Source: Alphaproteobacteria bacterium (GTDB lineage Bacteria; Pseudomonadota; Alphaproteobacteria; UBA7887). Taken from it: DNA of 64,000 bases. Made by a program: the position numbers and the translations under genes. A model generated the notes under the pieces. The model searched no databases and was not told the origin of the DNA. It was given only the letters and a program-made list of their open reading frames with translations. The stretch lies in assembly GCA_965216755.1 (NCBI GenBank), contig CBDCGL010000011.1:1024001-1088000 (forward strand). Reading direction: 5' to 3'. Below are positions 38,664-47,970 of the stretch, in pieces (within the stretch, counting starts at the first letter, position 1; every line of letters starts with the position of its first letter).

Positions 38664-39020
38664 ATGGCGGACACGACAGAAACAGATGTGGCGGAATTGC
38701 CGCCCCAGGATGTCACTTCGGAACAGCCTGCCGACGGGTCGGCCGACGACACGGGCGACGATGGACCGCGCAGTTCCGCTGACCTGGAGGCCGTCTATGA
38801 CATCCCGGTGCAGGTCTCGGCGGTTTTGGGCAAGGCGAGCATGCCTGTCAGTCAGCTTTTGCGCCTTGGGCGCGGGGCGGTGGTCGAGCTCGATCGCAAA
38901 GTTGGCGAGGCGATCGATATATACGTCAACAATCGTTTGGTGGCCCGCGGCGAAGTCGTGGTTGTTGACGATCGGTTGGGCGTCACCATGACGGAGATCA
39001 TAAAAACGGAGCGGTACTAA
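38664..39020 (+). CDS. fliN: Flagellar motor switch protein FliN
   Basis: DIPVQVSAVLG...VELDRKVGEAIDIYVNNRLVARGEVVVV. Confidence 0.96.
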   Translation: MADTTETDVAELPPQDVTSEQPADGSADDTGDDGPRSSADLEAVYDIPVQVSAVLGKASMPVSQLLRLGRGAVVELDRKVGEAIDIYVNNRLVARGEVVVVDDRLGVTMTEIIKTERY

Positions 39021-39083
39021 CGGGTCTTGATCCCGTACGTAGCGTCGCAAGAACAATGACGTGGTGCCAGTGAACATTGCATT

Positions 39084-39851
39084 ATGGATATTGCAACTCT
39101 CATAGGAATGGTCGTGGGTTTCGGGCTGGTCGGCGCCGCCATCGCCGTCGGCGGCTCGCCGCTGGCGTTCGTCGACGTGCCCTCGGTCCTGATCGTGATC
39201 GGCGGCACATTTGCGATCACCATGATTAGCTTCTCGCTCAACGAAATCATTAAGGGCCAGGGCTTGATGCTCAAGGCGGTATTCAACAAGGCCGCGGATC
39301 CCGCGGCGGCGGCCCTCAAGGTGTTGGAGCTGGCGGACCTGGCGCGAAAGAATGGGGTGCTGGGGATGCAAGAGAGCCTTAAGAATTTGGACGATTCGCC
39401 GTTTCTTCAAAAAGGTCTTGCGATGGTGGTCGACGGCACGCCGGGCGATGATGTCGAAAAGGTGATGCGCCAAGAAATTAAAGGCATGTCGGCGCGCCAC
39501 GAAAAAGGGGTCAGCATCCTGCAGCGCGCCGGTACCGTCGCGCCGGCCATGGGGCTGATCGGCACGCTGATTGGCCTGGTTCAGATGCTCGGCAATCTCG
39601 ACGATCCGAACAGCATCGGTCCCTCTATGGCTGTCGCCTTGCTGACCACGATGTATGGCGCGGTTTTGGCGAACATGGTCTTCAACCCCTTAGCAGGCAA
39701 ACTTGAGAGGAATTCGAAAGAAGAGCAGCTATTGATGAACGTCTATACGCTTGGCGCCGGATCTATTGGCCGACAAGAAAATCCGCGCCGGCTCGAAACA
39801 CTTATCAACACATTGCTGCCACCCGCCAAACGGGTCCAGTTTTTTGACTAG
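39084..39851 (+). CDS. motA: Flagellar stator protein MotA/PomA
   Basis: SVLIVIGGT, APAMGLIGTLIGLV and MAVALLTTMYG motifs. Confidence 0.93.
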   Translation: MDIATLIGMVVGFGLVGAAIAVGGSPLAFVDVPSVLIVIGGTFAITMISFSLNEIIKGQGLMLKAVFNKAADPAAAALKVLELADLARKNGVLGMQESLKNLDDSPFLQKGLAMVVDGTPGDDVEKVMRQEIKGMSARHEKGVSILQRAGTVAPAMGLIGTLIGLVQMLGNLDDPNSIGPSMAVALLTTMYGAVLANMVFNPLAGKLERNSKEEQLLMNVYTLGAGSIGRQENPRRLETLINTLLPPAKRVQFFD

Positions 39852-40045
39852 AGCAGTGTCCAACAATATTGAATCAATTCTGTTCGCGGCCCGCCGGTCG
39901 CGAACCCGCAGGGCCGGGCGCCTTTTCGCCAATCTCGGCGTCGCTGTCCTTGGCCGTATGCCCGATACGCCCTGCGGGCGGCGACTTGATCTTGGCGCAA
40001 ATTCGCGCCGGCAGAATGGTTCAATATTGTTGGACACTGCTCTAG
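39848..40045. mobile_element. 198-bp MITE-like palindromic element (family B) between motA and flbD
   Basis: 26-bp perfect terminal inverted repeats: ctagagcagtgtccaacaatattgaa (39848-39873) and ttcaatattgttggacactgctctag (40020-40045). Internal stems are present. The left end supplies the motA TAG stop. Confidence 0.85.
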
Positions 40046-40066
40046 CGACCTAGGGGGGATTTGACC

Positions 40067-41449
40067 ATGCGCTTGATGATTATCGGAAACCTTGCCGGTC
40101 AGATGGGCGAAGCCTGCAAGATCGCCGTTTCGCGCGGCGCGAAAGTCGTACAAGCGGACGCGATCGACTCGGGCCTCGATTTGCTTCGTTCGACCGAAGG
40201 CGCCGGTGCCGATTTGGTCTTGGTGGACGTGGCCATCGATATTGCCACGCTGATTTCTTGTATGCAGGCAGAGCATATGAGTGCACCCGTCGTGGCGTGC
40301 GGCACGGCGGACGACACCACCGGCGCGGTCAACGCGATAAAGGCCGGTGCCAAAGAATATATCCCTCTACCGCCGGATCCGGAATTGATCGCCGCGGTGT
40401 TCGCGGCCGTCTCCCAAGACGACCATCGCTTGGTCTTTGGCGACCCCGTCATGCGGCAAACTTTGGCACTGGCGGAACGTGTGGCCCGGTCATCGGCTTC
40501 AATACTCATTACCGGCGAATCCGGAACCGGCAAAGAACTCTTGGCCCGTTATATCCACCGTCGCAGCCAGCGTGCCGACAAGCCGTTTGTTTCTGTGAAT
40601 TGCGCAGCAATCCCAGAGAATCTTCTTGAATCTGAGTTGTTCGGTCACGAAAAAGGCGCTTTTACTGGCGCCGTTGCGCGCCGCATCGGCAAATTTGAAG
40701 CGGCCAATGGCGGCACATTGTTGCTGGACGAACTTGGTGAGATGGATCTTCGTCTTCAAGCCAAGCTGTTACGCGTAATACAAGAGCGCGAGATTGATCG
40801 GGTCGGCGGCTCCAAACCGGTGAAGGTTGACCTGCGTATCCTGGCCACGACAAACCGGCGGCTCGAAACGGAGGTTTCCGAGGGTCGATTTCGCGAGGAT
40901 CTATATTTTCGCGTCAATGTCGTGAACATCCGCATCCCGGCGTTACGCGAACGCCCCAAAGACATCGAGCTCTTGGCCGAGCACTTCGTCCGCAAATATT
41001 CCGAGATGAACGATATCGACGAGCGCACACTATCGAACGGTGGCCGGGAGCTGTTGCTCAACTACAAGTGGCCTGGCAACGTGCGGGAATTGGAGAATAC
41101 CATGCACCGTGCCGTGCTGTTGGCCGCGGGTGACCATATCGGTGCCGAAGCGATCGCGTTGGAAAACCAGGCCACCGTCGCGACAAACATGACCAACACG
41201 ACGGCCGAAAATCTCTCGCACCCGATTGCCGTCAACGATGCCGGAAATTTGGTCGGCCGCACTGTCGCCGATGTGGAAAAGGACCTCATTATCGACACGT
41301 TAAGCCACTGTCTTGGCAATCGCACCCACGCCGCTACCATCCTGGGAATATCCATTCGCACATTGCGCAACAAGCTCCGGCAGTACACCGCCGAGGGCAC
41401 ACATATTCCCGCGCCGGGCGGCGAATCGGGCGGCAACGCAGTGTTGTAA
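40067..41449 (+). CDS. flbD: Sigma54-dependent flagellar activator FlbD
   Basis: Atypical receiver domain; GESGTGKE, GHEKGAFTGA, WPGNVRELEN; Fis-type HTH GNRTHAATILGISIRTLRNKL. Confidence 0.93.
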   Translation: MRLMIIGNLAGQMGEACKIAVSRGAKVVQADAIDSGLDLLRSTEGAGADLVLVDVAIDIATLISCMQAEHMSAPVVACGTADDTTGAVNAIKAGAKEYIPLPPDPELIAAVFAAVSQDDHRLVFGDPVMRQTLALAERVARSSASILITGESGTGKELLARYIHRRSQRADKPFVSVNCAAIPENLLESELFGHEKGAFTGAVARRIGKFEAANGGTLLLDELGEMDLRLQAKLLRVIQEREIDRVGGSKPVKVDLRILATTNRRLETEVSEGRFREDLYFRVNVVNIRIPALRERPKDIELLAEHFVRKYSEMNDIDERTLSNGGRELLLNYKWPGNVRELENTMHRAVLLAAGDHIGAEAIALENQATVATNMTNTTAENLSHPIAVNDAGNLVGRTVADVEKDLIIDTLSHCLGNRTHAATILGISIRTLRNKLRQYTAEGTHIPAPGGESGGNAVL

Positions 41450-41458
41450 GGGCGAAAT

Positions 41459-43636
41459 TTGAGCGACACGAGCGAGAGTACCACCCTGCCCACCACGACC
41501 GGCGCCAATCCGGCCGATGGCGGCTTAGCGCCAACCGGCGTTGGCGGTGGCGACGGCTTTGCCGCCTTCCGGGATCTTGGTCAAACCCTGCGACGCGGTG
41601 ACGTCGCGCTTGCTCTGGCGGTCGTTGGCATTTTGATCGTTCTGATTATGCCACTGCCGCGCTGGTTGATGGACTTCAGCCTTGCCATCTCGATTACTTA
41701 TTCGGTATTGGTGCTCATGGTCGCGCTGTTCATCGCACGACCCCTTGATTTCAGCGCATTCCCGACGGTCCTGCTGATCGCAACCATGTTGCGGCTGTCG
41801 CTCAATGTTGCCTCAACCCGCTTGATCCTGGCCGACGGCCATCATGGCACCGCCGCCGCGGGCCAGGTTATTCAAGCCTTTGGCGACTTCGTCATGGGTG
41901 GCAGCTTCATTATTGGTCTTATCGTCTTCGGGATTCTGGTGATTGTGAACTTTGTGGTGATCACCAAGGGATCGGGACGGATCGCGGAAGTATCGGCGCG
42001 GTTCAGCTTGGATGCCATGCCGGGCAAACAGATGGCGATCGATGCCGATTTGTCGTCTGGCCTTATCGATGAAGCAGATGCCCGTCGTCGCCGCAAAACC
42101 TTGGAGGAGGAAACCACCTTTTTCGGTGCCATGGACGGCGCCGCCAAATTTGTCCGTGGTGACGCCATCGCCGGCCTGCTGATCACGTTCATCAACATCA
42201 TCGGCGGCATGATCATCGGTGTTGTTCAACACGACATGACATTCGGCGCGGCGGCCAACAACTACACCGTCTTGACCGTAGGTGACGGTTTGGTGTCGCA
42301 AATTCCGTCGTTGATCGTGTCAACATCGGCCGGTTTGCTGGTCTCAAAAGCGGCCACGGTCGGATCCGCAGACCAGCTGGTATTTGGCCAACTCAGTCAA
42401 TATCCAAAGGCCCTGGCCCTGGCGTCGTTGCTGATGGCCATTATGGCGTTTCTACCAGGCATGCCGGTGATACCGTTTTTCGCTCTCGCGGGGATAACGG
42501 GCTACGCGGCCTGGAGTATCTACCAACGCACGACCGAGCGGGACTCTGCAGCAGAGGCCGAAGCGCGCGCGCAGGCCGAAGCCGCGATGGCGACGCCGGC
42601 CGACGAACCCATCGGCAGTGCGCTGCACTTGGATATATTGCGTCTGGAGCTTGGCTACGGTTTGTTGCCCCTGATCAATGACCAGAAAGGCCACCGGCTG
42701 ACTGAGCAGATCAAGGCGCTTCGCCGACAGCTGGCAAGCGATCTGGGGTTTGTCGTGCCGCCTGTCCGAATCCAAGACAACATGCAGATCGCGGCAAACG
42801 CTTATGTCATCCGCGTTAAGGATATCGAGACCGGGCGCGGCGATCTGAACCCAAACCAATTGTTGGCGATGGACCCACAGGGCCAACCTATCACGATTCC
42901 CGGGCAAGACACGACGGAACCGACATTTGGCTTGCCCGCGCGATGGATCGCGGAAAGCGCCCGCGAAGAGGCAATGTTCAAGGGCTACACGGTGGTCGAT
43001 CCACCTACGGTTGTCACCACGCACCTGACGGAAATCCTAAAAGACAACATGCCCGAGCTGTTGTCATACGCCGAAACCCAGAAATTGCTGGACGAATTGG
43101 ACCGCGACCATCAAAAGCTAGTCGCAGATCTAATTCCAGGCCAGATCTCGCTCGGCACCGTGCAACGCGTGCTGCAAAACTTGCTCGCCGAGCAAATCTC
43201 AATTCGCGATCTGCCGACAATTTTGGAGGCCATCGCCGAAGCGATTGCTTATACACAGAATGTGACCATGATCGGCGAGCATGTGCGCAGTCGCTTAGCG
43301 CGGCAGATTTCCGCGCGGTACACAAACGATACAGGTGCTATTCCCCTGGTTACGTTGGCTCCGGAGTGGGAACACGCATTTGCCGAGGGCCTCGCCGGCT
43401 CTGGCGAGGAGAAGCAGTTGTCATTGGCACCCAGCCAACTTCAAGAATTCATCGCGGCGGTGCGGCAAACATTCGAAACACTCGCGCAACAGGGTGAAAT
43501 GCCAGTTTTGCTGACTAGTCCCAGCATTCGCCCCTATGTTCGTTCCATCATTGAGCGTTTTCGACCGGCAACGGTCGTAATGTCGCAGAACGAGATCCAT
43601 CCGAAAGCCCGCATTAATACGCTGGGCCAAGTGTAG
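41459..43636 (+). CDS. flhA: Flagellar export gate protein FlhA
   Basis: RIAEVSARFSLDAMPGKQMAIDADL, FFGAMDGAAKFVRGDA and TVGDGLVSQIP motifs. Confidence 0.97.
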   Translation: MSDTSESTTLPTTTGANPADGGLAPTGVGGGDGFAAFRDLGQTLRRGDVALALAVVGILIVLIMPLPRWLMDFSLAISITYSVLVLMVALFIARPLDFSAFPTVLLIATMLRLSLNVASTRLILADGHHGTAAAGQVIQAFGDFVMGGSFIIGLIVFGILVIVNFVVITKGSGRIAEVSARFSLDAMPGKQMAIDADLSSGLIDEADARRRRKTLEEETTFFGAMDGAAKFVRGDAIAGLLITFINIIGGMIIGVVQHDMTFGAAANNYTVLTVGDGLVSQIPSLIVSTSAGLLVSKAATVGSADQLVFGQLSQYPKALALASLLMAIMAFLPGMPVIPFFALAGITGYAAWSIYQRTTERDSAAEAEARAQAEAAMATPADEPIGSALHLDILRLELGYGLLPLINDQKGHRLTEQIKALRRQLASDLGFVVPPVRIQDNMQIAANAYVIRVKDIETGRGDLNPNQLLAMDPQGQPITIPGQDTTEPTFGLPARWIAESAREEAMFKGYTVVDPPTVVTTHLTEILKDNMPELLSYAETQKLLDELDRDHQKLVADLIPGQISLGTVQRVLQNLLAEQISIRDLPTILEAIAEAIAYTQNVTMIGEHVRSRLARQISARYTNDTGAIPLVTLAPEWEHAFAEGLAGSGEEKQLSLAPSQLQEFIAAVRQTFETLAQQGEMPVLLTSPSIRPYVRSIIERFRPATVVMSQNEIHPKARINTLGQV

Positions 43637-43646
43637 GTAGGCAGCA

Positions 43647-44633
43647 ATGCGCCTGAAGAGTTATGTCGCACCCACCGTTGCCGAAGCGATGCGCCAGATC
43701 CGCGAGGAGCTCGGCGACGACGCGGTTATTGTGTCGACACAGACGGGCGAACACGGCAAGGGCGTTCGCATCACGGCAGCGCTCGACATGCCCGATGCCG
43801 AAGACGAGCTGGCCTCGCTGTTGGCGGCCGATAGCCGCCGAAATCTTGAAGAAACAGTCGGCGCGGCGCTGCAGTTCCACGGGTTGCCGCCGCGCACGTC
43901 CGAGCAACTTCTGGATATCGCCCAAGCATCCAATGCCGATGATCCCACCGCCGCGTTGGCCGGCGCATTACGTAAGCAATTCCGCTTTGTCGGCCTGACC
44001 GCCAAATCAATGGCACGTCCGATCATGTTGGTCGGGCCGCCGGGCGCCGGCAAAACCACGACGGCGGCGAAACTGGCCGCGCGGGCAATCATTGCGAAGC
44101 GACCAGTTCGAGTGATCAGCACCGACTCATTTCGTGCCGGCGCGCTAGAACAAATCGCCGCATTCACCGATATTCTTGACGCCGAATTGATCGATGTCGA
44201 ATCGCCAAGCGAACTGGCCAAAGCACTGGACAATACTCCGTCCGGGACCGTTGTCATCATCGATTCGACCGGCACCAACCCCTTTGGACCGGCGGACATG
44301 AGTGCCTTGGCACGGTTCATCGATTGTGCGCCGGTTGAGCCCATTCTCGTTCTTGCGGCCGGTGGCGATGTTGAAGAAGCGGCAGAGATTGCGGGCGCGT
44401 TTCGGTCCATCGGCACGCGTCGATTTATTATCACGCGGCTCGATATCTCGCGCCGGTTGGGCGCGGCACTGGTTGCGGCCGCCGCCGGCCCTATTGCATT
44501 TTCCGAAGTCAGCATTTCGGCCCATGTCGGGCGTGGGCTGACACCTCTAAACGCGCTGTCGCTGGCGCGTTTGCTGATGCGCGATCCCCAGAAATCAGAA
44601 CCCCGACTCCCCGCTCGAGAGGCTGCCCAATGA
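43647..44633 (+). CDS. flhF: Flagellar SRP-type GTPase FlhF
   Basis: N-terminal EAMRQIREELGDDAVIVST; GPPGAGKT, DSFRAGA, DSTG and TRLD motifs. Confidence 0.88.
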   Translation: MRLKSYVAPTVAEAMRQIREELGDDAVIVSTQTGEHGKGVRITAALDMPDAEDELASLLAADSRRNLEETVGAALQFHGLPPRTSEQLLDIAQASNADDPTAALAGALRKQFRFVGLTAKSMARPIMLVGPPGAGKTTTAAKLAARAIIAKRPVRVISTDSFRAGALEQIAAFTDILDAELIDVESPSELAKALDNTPSGTVVIIDSTGTNPFGPADMSALARFIDCAPVEPILVLAAGGDVEEAAEIAGAFRSIGTRRFIITRLDISRRLGAALVAAAAGPIAFSEVSISAHVGRGLTPLNALSLARLLMRDPQKSEPRLPAREAAQ

Positions 44634-45427
44634 CGGTCACGGTAACAGATAATGTTGTTCAGCATCCCGCAATCCATCCATTGGCACACAACATCGTTGC
44701 TGTGGCGTCTGGAAAAGGCGGCGTTGGCAAAACATGCCTATCCATTAGTTTGAGCCAGGCTCTGGCCCAACGAAACCGCCGGGTCCTGTTGTTTGACGGC
44801 GACCTTGGATTGGCCAATGTCGATATTCAGCTGGGCTTGCTGCCAAAGCATGATATCGCCAGCGTCATCTCGGGCAGGGCATCAATCGACGACGCGATTA
44901 CGCGTTATACGGATGGCGGCTTCGACATCATCGCCGGTCGGTCCGGTTCGGGCAGTTTGGCTGCCATGCCGGCCATGCATCTCAAAACTCTAAAGACCAG
45001 CATTGTCGAATTGGCGGAGCACTATGACGCCGTCGTGTTGGATCTGGCGGCGGGCGTCGATGAAGCTGTGCGCTCGTTGGCATCCTTGGCTGGCGCGATG
45101 TTGGTGGTCACGACCGACGAGCCGACCGCCATTACCGACGCGTACGCGTTCATCAAAGTCATGAACGCCCAGCAACGCGCGCACCACGCCCAAATCCTCG
45201 TCAATATGGCGAGTACCAAGAACGAGGGCAAACGGACTTATGAAACCCTACGCAAGGCTTGCGAGAGCTTCCTGAGGATTTCGCCACCCTTGGCTGGGAT
45301 CGTACGACGTGACAACAAAGTACGTGACTCGATCCGCCGGCAAATTCCGGTCTTGACCCGGTATCCGACATGCTCGGCCGGGACCGACATTGCGGCCCTC
45401 GCCGGCGTTTTGGACAAAGCCCGTTGA
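44630..45427 (+). CDS. flhG: MinD-like ATPase FlhG/FleN
   Basis: SGKGGVGKT, DGDLGLANVD and EPTAITDAYA motifs. ATGA-coupled to flhF. Confidence 0.92.
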   Translation: MTVTVTDNVVQHPAIHPLAHNIVAVASGKGGVGKTCLSISLSQALAQRNRRVLLFDGDLGLANVDIQLGLLPKHDIASVISGRASIDDAITRYTDGGFDIIAGRSGSGSLAAMPAMHLKTLKTSIVELAEHYDAVVLDLAAGVDEAVRSLASLAGAMLVVTTDEPTAITDAYAFIKVMNAQQRAHHAQILVNMASTKNEGKRTYETLRKACESFLRISPPLAGIVRRDNKVRDSIRRQIPVLTRYPTCSAGTDIAALAGVLDKAR

Positions 45428-45428
45428 T

Positions 45429-47423
45429 GTGAGCACAGTACAGCCGCCCGCCGGCGGCCCCCCGCCACCAACCGGCCACACAGCCAGCGGATCGGCGCCG
45501 ACACCCGGGCGCACAACCGACGCGCCGCCGTCCGCAGACGGGGGCGCGAAGGTGCCCAAGGCAACGACGCAGCCAGCACAGGGGGCCCCCGCGGCGGCGA
45601 CTCGACCAGCGGTCAGTGTTACCACAAACACACCGACCGCCGGCCTACAACAGACCCAAGCCACGCCGAGCCTGCCGGCAAACTTACAAGCTTTGCCGCC
45701 CGGCGCGCTGTTGGCCGGCGCGGTCGTGCCCCATCCGTCTGGCCAAGGCGCCGTACTTGCCACAACCGAGGGCCTGCTTACATTTGATACAGACATCGAC
45801 CTGCCGCCGGGCAGTCGCGTGACATTGCAGATTCATAGTAACGGCGCGCGGTTGGCCGCGACGGTGGTCGCCGTGGATGGTCGTCCGCCGGCGCCGGCGG
45901 CACCAGCGGCCGTGGTGTTGAGCGCTCTCATCGACCCGGCCGCCGTACAATCGGGCACAGCTAGGACGACGGCTCCGTTGACGCCGAGCGGCGCGGCCAC
46001 GGGCCCGATTGCGCCCGCGACGTTCCCGCCACAGCATTCGGTGCCGCAACCGGCATCCCAATCATCCGCAAACCCGACCAGTCTGATGCCAGATATCGGT
46101 GCGCGGCTAACCGGTACCGTCGCGCTCCAGCCCAACGATGGACGATTGATCCTGGACACCAACTCCGGACGGTTTCAGCTGGCGACCCCCCAGCCATTGC
46201 AGACCGGTAGCCGCTTGACAATCGACATCCGATCCGCGGCGCCGCGGCTACTCGCCGCCATCTTGCGTATCGACGGACGACCGATCAGCGGACCGTTGCC
46301 ACAAATCGCCCTGGCACCAGCCGATAGCGATCTAACCGCGCAACCGCTGCATCGGCGTTCGTTTGCGGCAAAAGTTGTTGAAACAAGCCCTGCAGCAAAC
46401 GTATCCAAGGCCGTGCCCTCGGCATTTCGAATTGCGGATGGGGCCCAAGTCACGGTACGGACGGATGGCCCGGGCAGCGCTACGCCGACGCCGTCGACAG
46501 GACGAGAAAACCTGACCAACTTGGTTGCCCAGACCACGCCACGTCCTGCCACAGCCATTCCGGCGACTGTCGTTGGACATGACAAATCGATCGGTTTGGT
46601 CGTTGCCACGAGCACCGGGCAAAACGTGCGGCTCGCCGGCGCACCGGCACTGCCGAACGGCACCTCGGTTTGGTTGGTGCCGGATCAAGCGGCGGGTCTC
46701 GCGCGGCCACCCGCGTCACCCAGTCATTTGCCGGCTATGCAATCACCGTCGCCGAGAGCCGCCGCTGAATTTGCCGCCACTCTAGATGCCGCCGCGGCAG
46801 AGGTGCCAACCATCACGAATCGCCTCGCCGGCGGCGCAACGAGCGCACTCACACCGAATAGTGTCGTTAATCTCATCAGTTACGTTTTTGGCCTACGCGC
46901 TGGCGACGTGCGGCCATGGCTCGGCGATCGCGCGCTGCGTGCCCTCGAGCAAGCCGGTCGGGGCGATCTAATCACAAAGTTGGCGGACACAGGCGACAAG
47001 GCCGGCCGCTTACTCACCGAGGCACCGACCAGTGAGTGGCGGCATATGTCCTTGCCCATAAGCGACGGTCAGGACGCCCGCCATATTTGGCTCCATCTGG
47101 GGCCGGATCCCGAAAACCGCGATTCGCGCGATGAGGACACGGACAAAGACGGCACCCGCATGCTTGTTGACGTCACGCTCAGCCGTTTCGGGCGGCTGCA
47201 GTTTGACGGCCGCTATGCGCGCGCCCATTTCTCATTGATCGTGCGCTCGGAACAGGCACTCGACAAGACCGTGCGCGCCGGCATATCCGAGATATTCATG
47301 ACGATGCGCGATACAACGGGACTCGAAGGCCAGGTAACTTTTCAAGTTTCCTCGCAACTTGCCAGCATTCTTCCTGTCGACGCGCCGCCCCTTTCCATCG
47401 ACGACGATCGCGTCGTGGTTTAG
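45429..47423 (+). CDS. Pro/Ala-rich hypothetical protein with three small beta modules and a FliK-like C-terminal domain
   Basis: GTG start 1 nt after the flhG stop. C-terminal TRMLVDVTLSRFGRLQFDG...LIVRSE resembles the FliK/T3S4 fold. Confidence 0.7.
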   Translation: MSTVQPPAGGPPPPTGHTASGSAPTPGRTTDAPPSADGGAKVPKATTQPAQGAPAAATRPAVSVTTNTPTAGLQQTQATPSLPANLQALPPGALLAGAVVPHPSGQGAVLATTEGLLTFDTDIDLPPGSRVTLQIHSNGARLAATVVAVDGRPPAPAAPAAVVLSALIDPAAVQSGTARTTAPLTPSGAATGPIAPATFPPQHSVPQPASQSSANPTSLMPDIGARLTGTVALQPNDGRLILDTNSGRFQLATPQPLQTGSRLTIDIRSAAPRLLAAILRIDGRPISGPLPQIALAPADSDLTAQPLHRRSFAAKVVETSPAANVSKAVPSAFRIADGAQVTVRTDGPGSATPTPSTGRENLTNLVAQTTPRPATAIPATVVGHDKSIGLVVATSTGQNVRLAGAPALPNGTSVWLVPDQAAGLARPPASPSHLPAMQSPSPRAAAEFAATLDAAAAEVPTITNRLAGGATSALTPNSVVNLISYVFGLRAGDVRPWLGDRALRALEQAGRGDLITKLADTGDKAGRLLTEAPTSEWRHMSLPISDGQDARHIWLHLGPDPENRDSRDEDTDKDGTRMLVDVTLSRFGRLQFDGRYARAHFSLIVRSEQALDKTVRAGISEIFMTMRDTTGLEGQVTFQVSSQLASILPVDAPPLSIDDDRVVV

Positions 47424-47434
47424 CCGAACAATCG

Positions 47435-47839
47435 ATGACCAACCAGTTCGACCAAACCATCATCCGACGGCGACATTTCCGTGTCACGGATAACCCGCGG
47501 CAGGCCCTGGACTATTTGGTCTCGTTATCGGGTGTTGTGACAGCTCCCGATCCGGGCTCGGCAATCGATGTGCGCGTACGATATGTACCCAATCGTGTGA
47601 TTCTTCCACCTTCGAATTTTCGAAGCTATTTGGCCCTGCTCGCCGAGACGACTTGGCCATCGGCGGAGGATTTAGGCCAAACCTTGCTGGGGGATCTCAA
47701 TAGCGAAATTGACCCACGTTGGGTGCAAGTCATGCTAACCGCGGCAGTCGACGACATTCGGCATGATCTGCTTTTCGAAGATCGCGCCCCGAAATGGGAC
47801 AATCCCCGCCTGCTGGCACGCATCGCACCGTCGATTTAA
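47435..47839 (+). CDS. QueF-like T-fold protein lacking the catalytic cysteine
   Basis: NP....DY.V, VRYVP, SYL and AEDLGQTLLGDLNSEIDPRWVQV align by eye with the QueF C-terminal half (..HE...I..DL...DPR...V). The protein contains no Cys. Confidence 0.6.
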   Translation: MTNQFDQTIIRRRHFRVTDNPRQALDYLVSLSGVVTAPDPGSAIDVRVRYVPNRVILPPSNFRSYLALLAETTWPSAEDLGQTLLGDLNSEIDPRWVQVMLTAAVDDIRHDLLFEDRAPKWDNPRLLARIAPSI

Positions 47840-47866
47840 GGTGCTTTCCGATCCACGACATATGAA

Positions 47867-47964
47867 ATAATTTCGGTGACAGTTTACTAAATACACTAAA
47901 TATTGTATATCAAAATATGATCATACAAGATATCGCATATTTAGTAAACTGTCACTGAAATTAT
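47867..47964. repeat. Palindromic REPIN/MITE-like element, family A, copy 2
   Basis: Arms ataatttcggtgacagtttactaaata (47867-47893) and tatttagtaaactgtcactgaaattat (47938-47964), 1 mismatch, with a 44-bp AT-rich spacer. It sits between convergent genes. Confidence 0.85.
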
Positions 47965-47970
47965 CGGCCG

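Noticed and set aside
39084-39851. motA without adjacent motB; fliI, fliM and flhB also absent
   Set aside because: Split flagellar clusters are normal in Alphaproteobacteria, and the partners are probably elsewhere.
40067-40420. Degenerate receiver domain of the sigma54 activator
   Set aside because: An atypical receiver is an established feature of FlbD, so it is not novel.
43661-44689. 342-aa minus-strand ORF
   Set aside because: It is antisense to flhF, with the Ser/Ala-rich composition typical of shadow frames.
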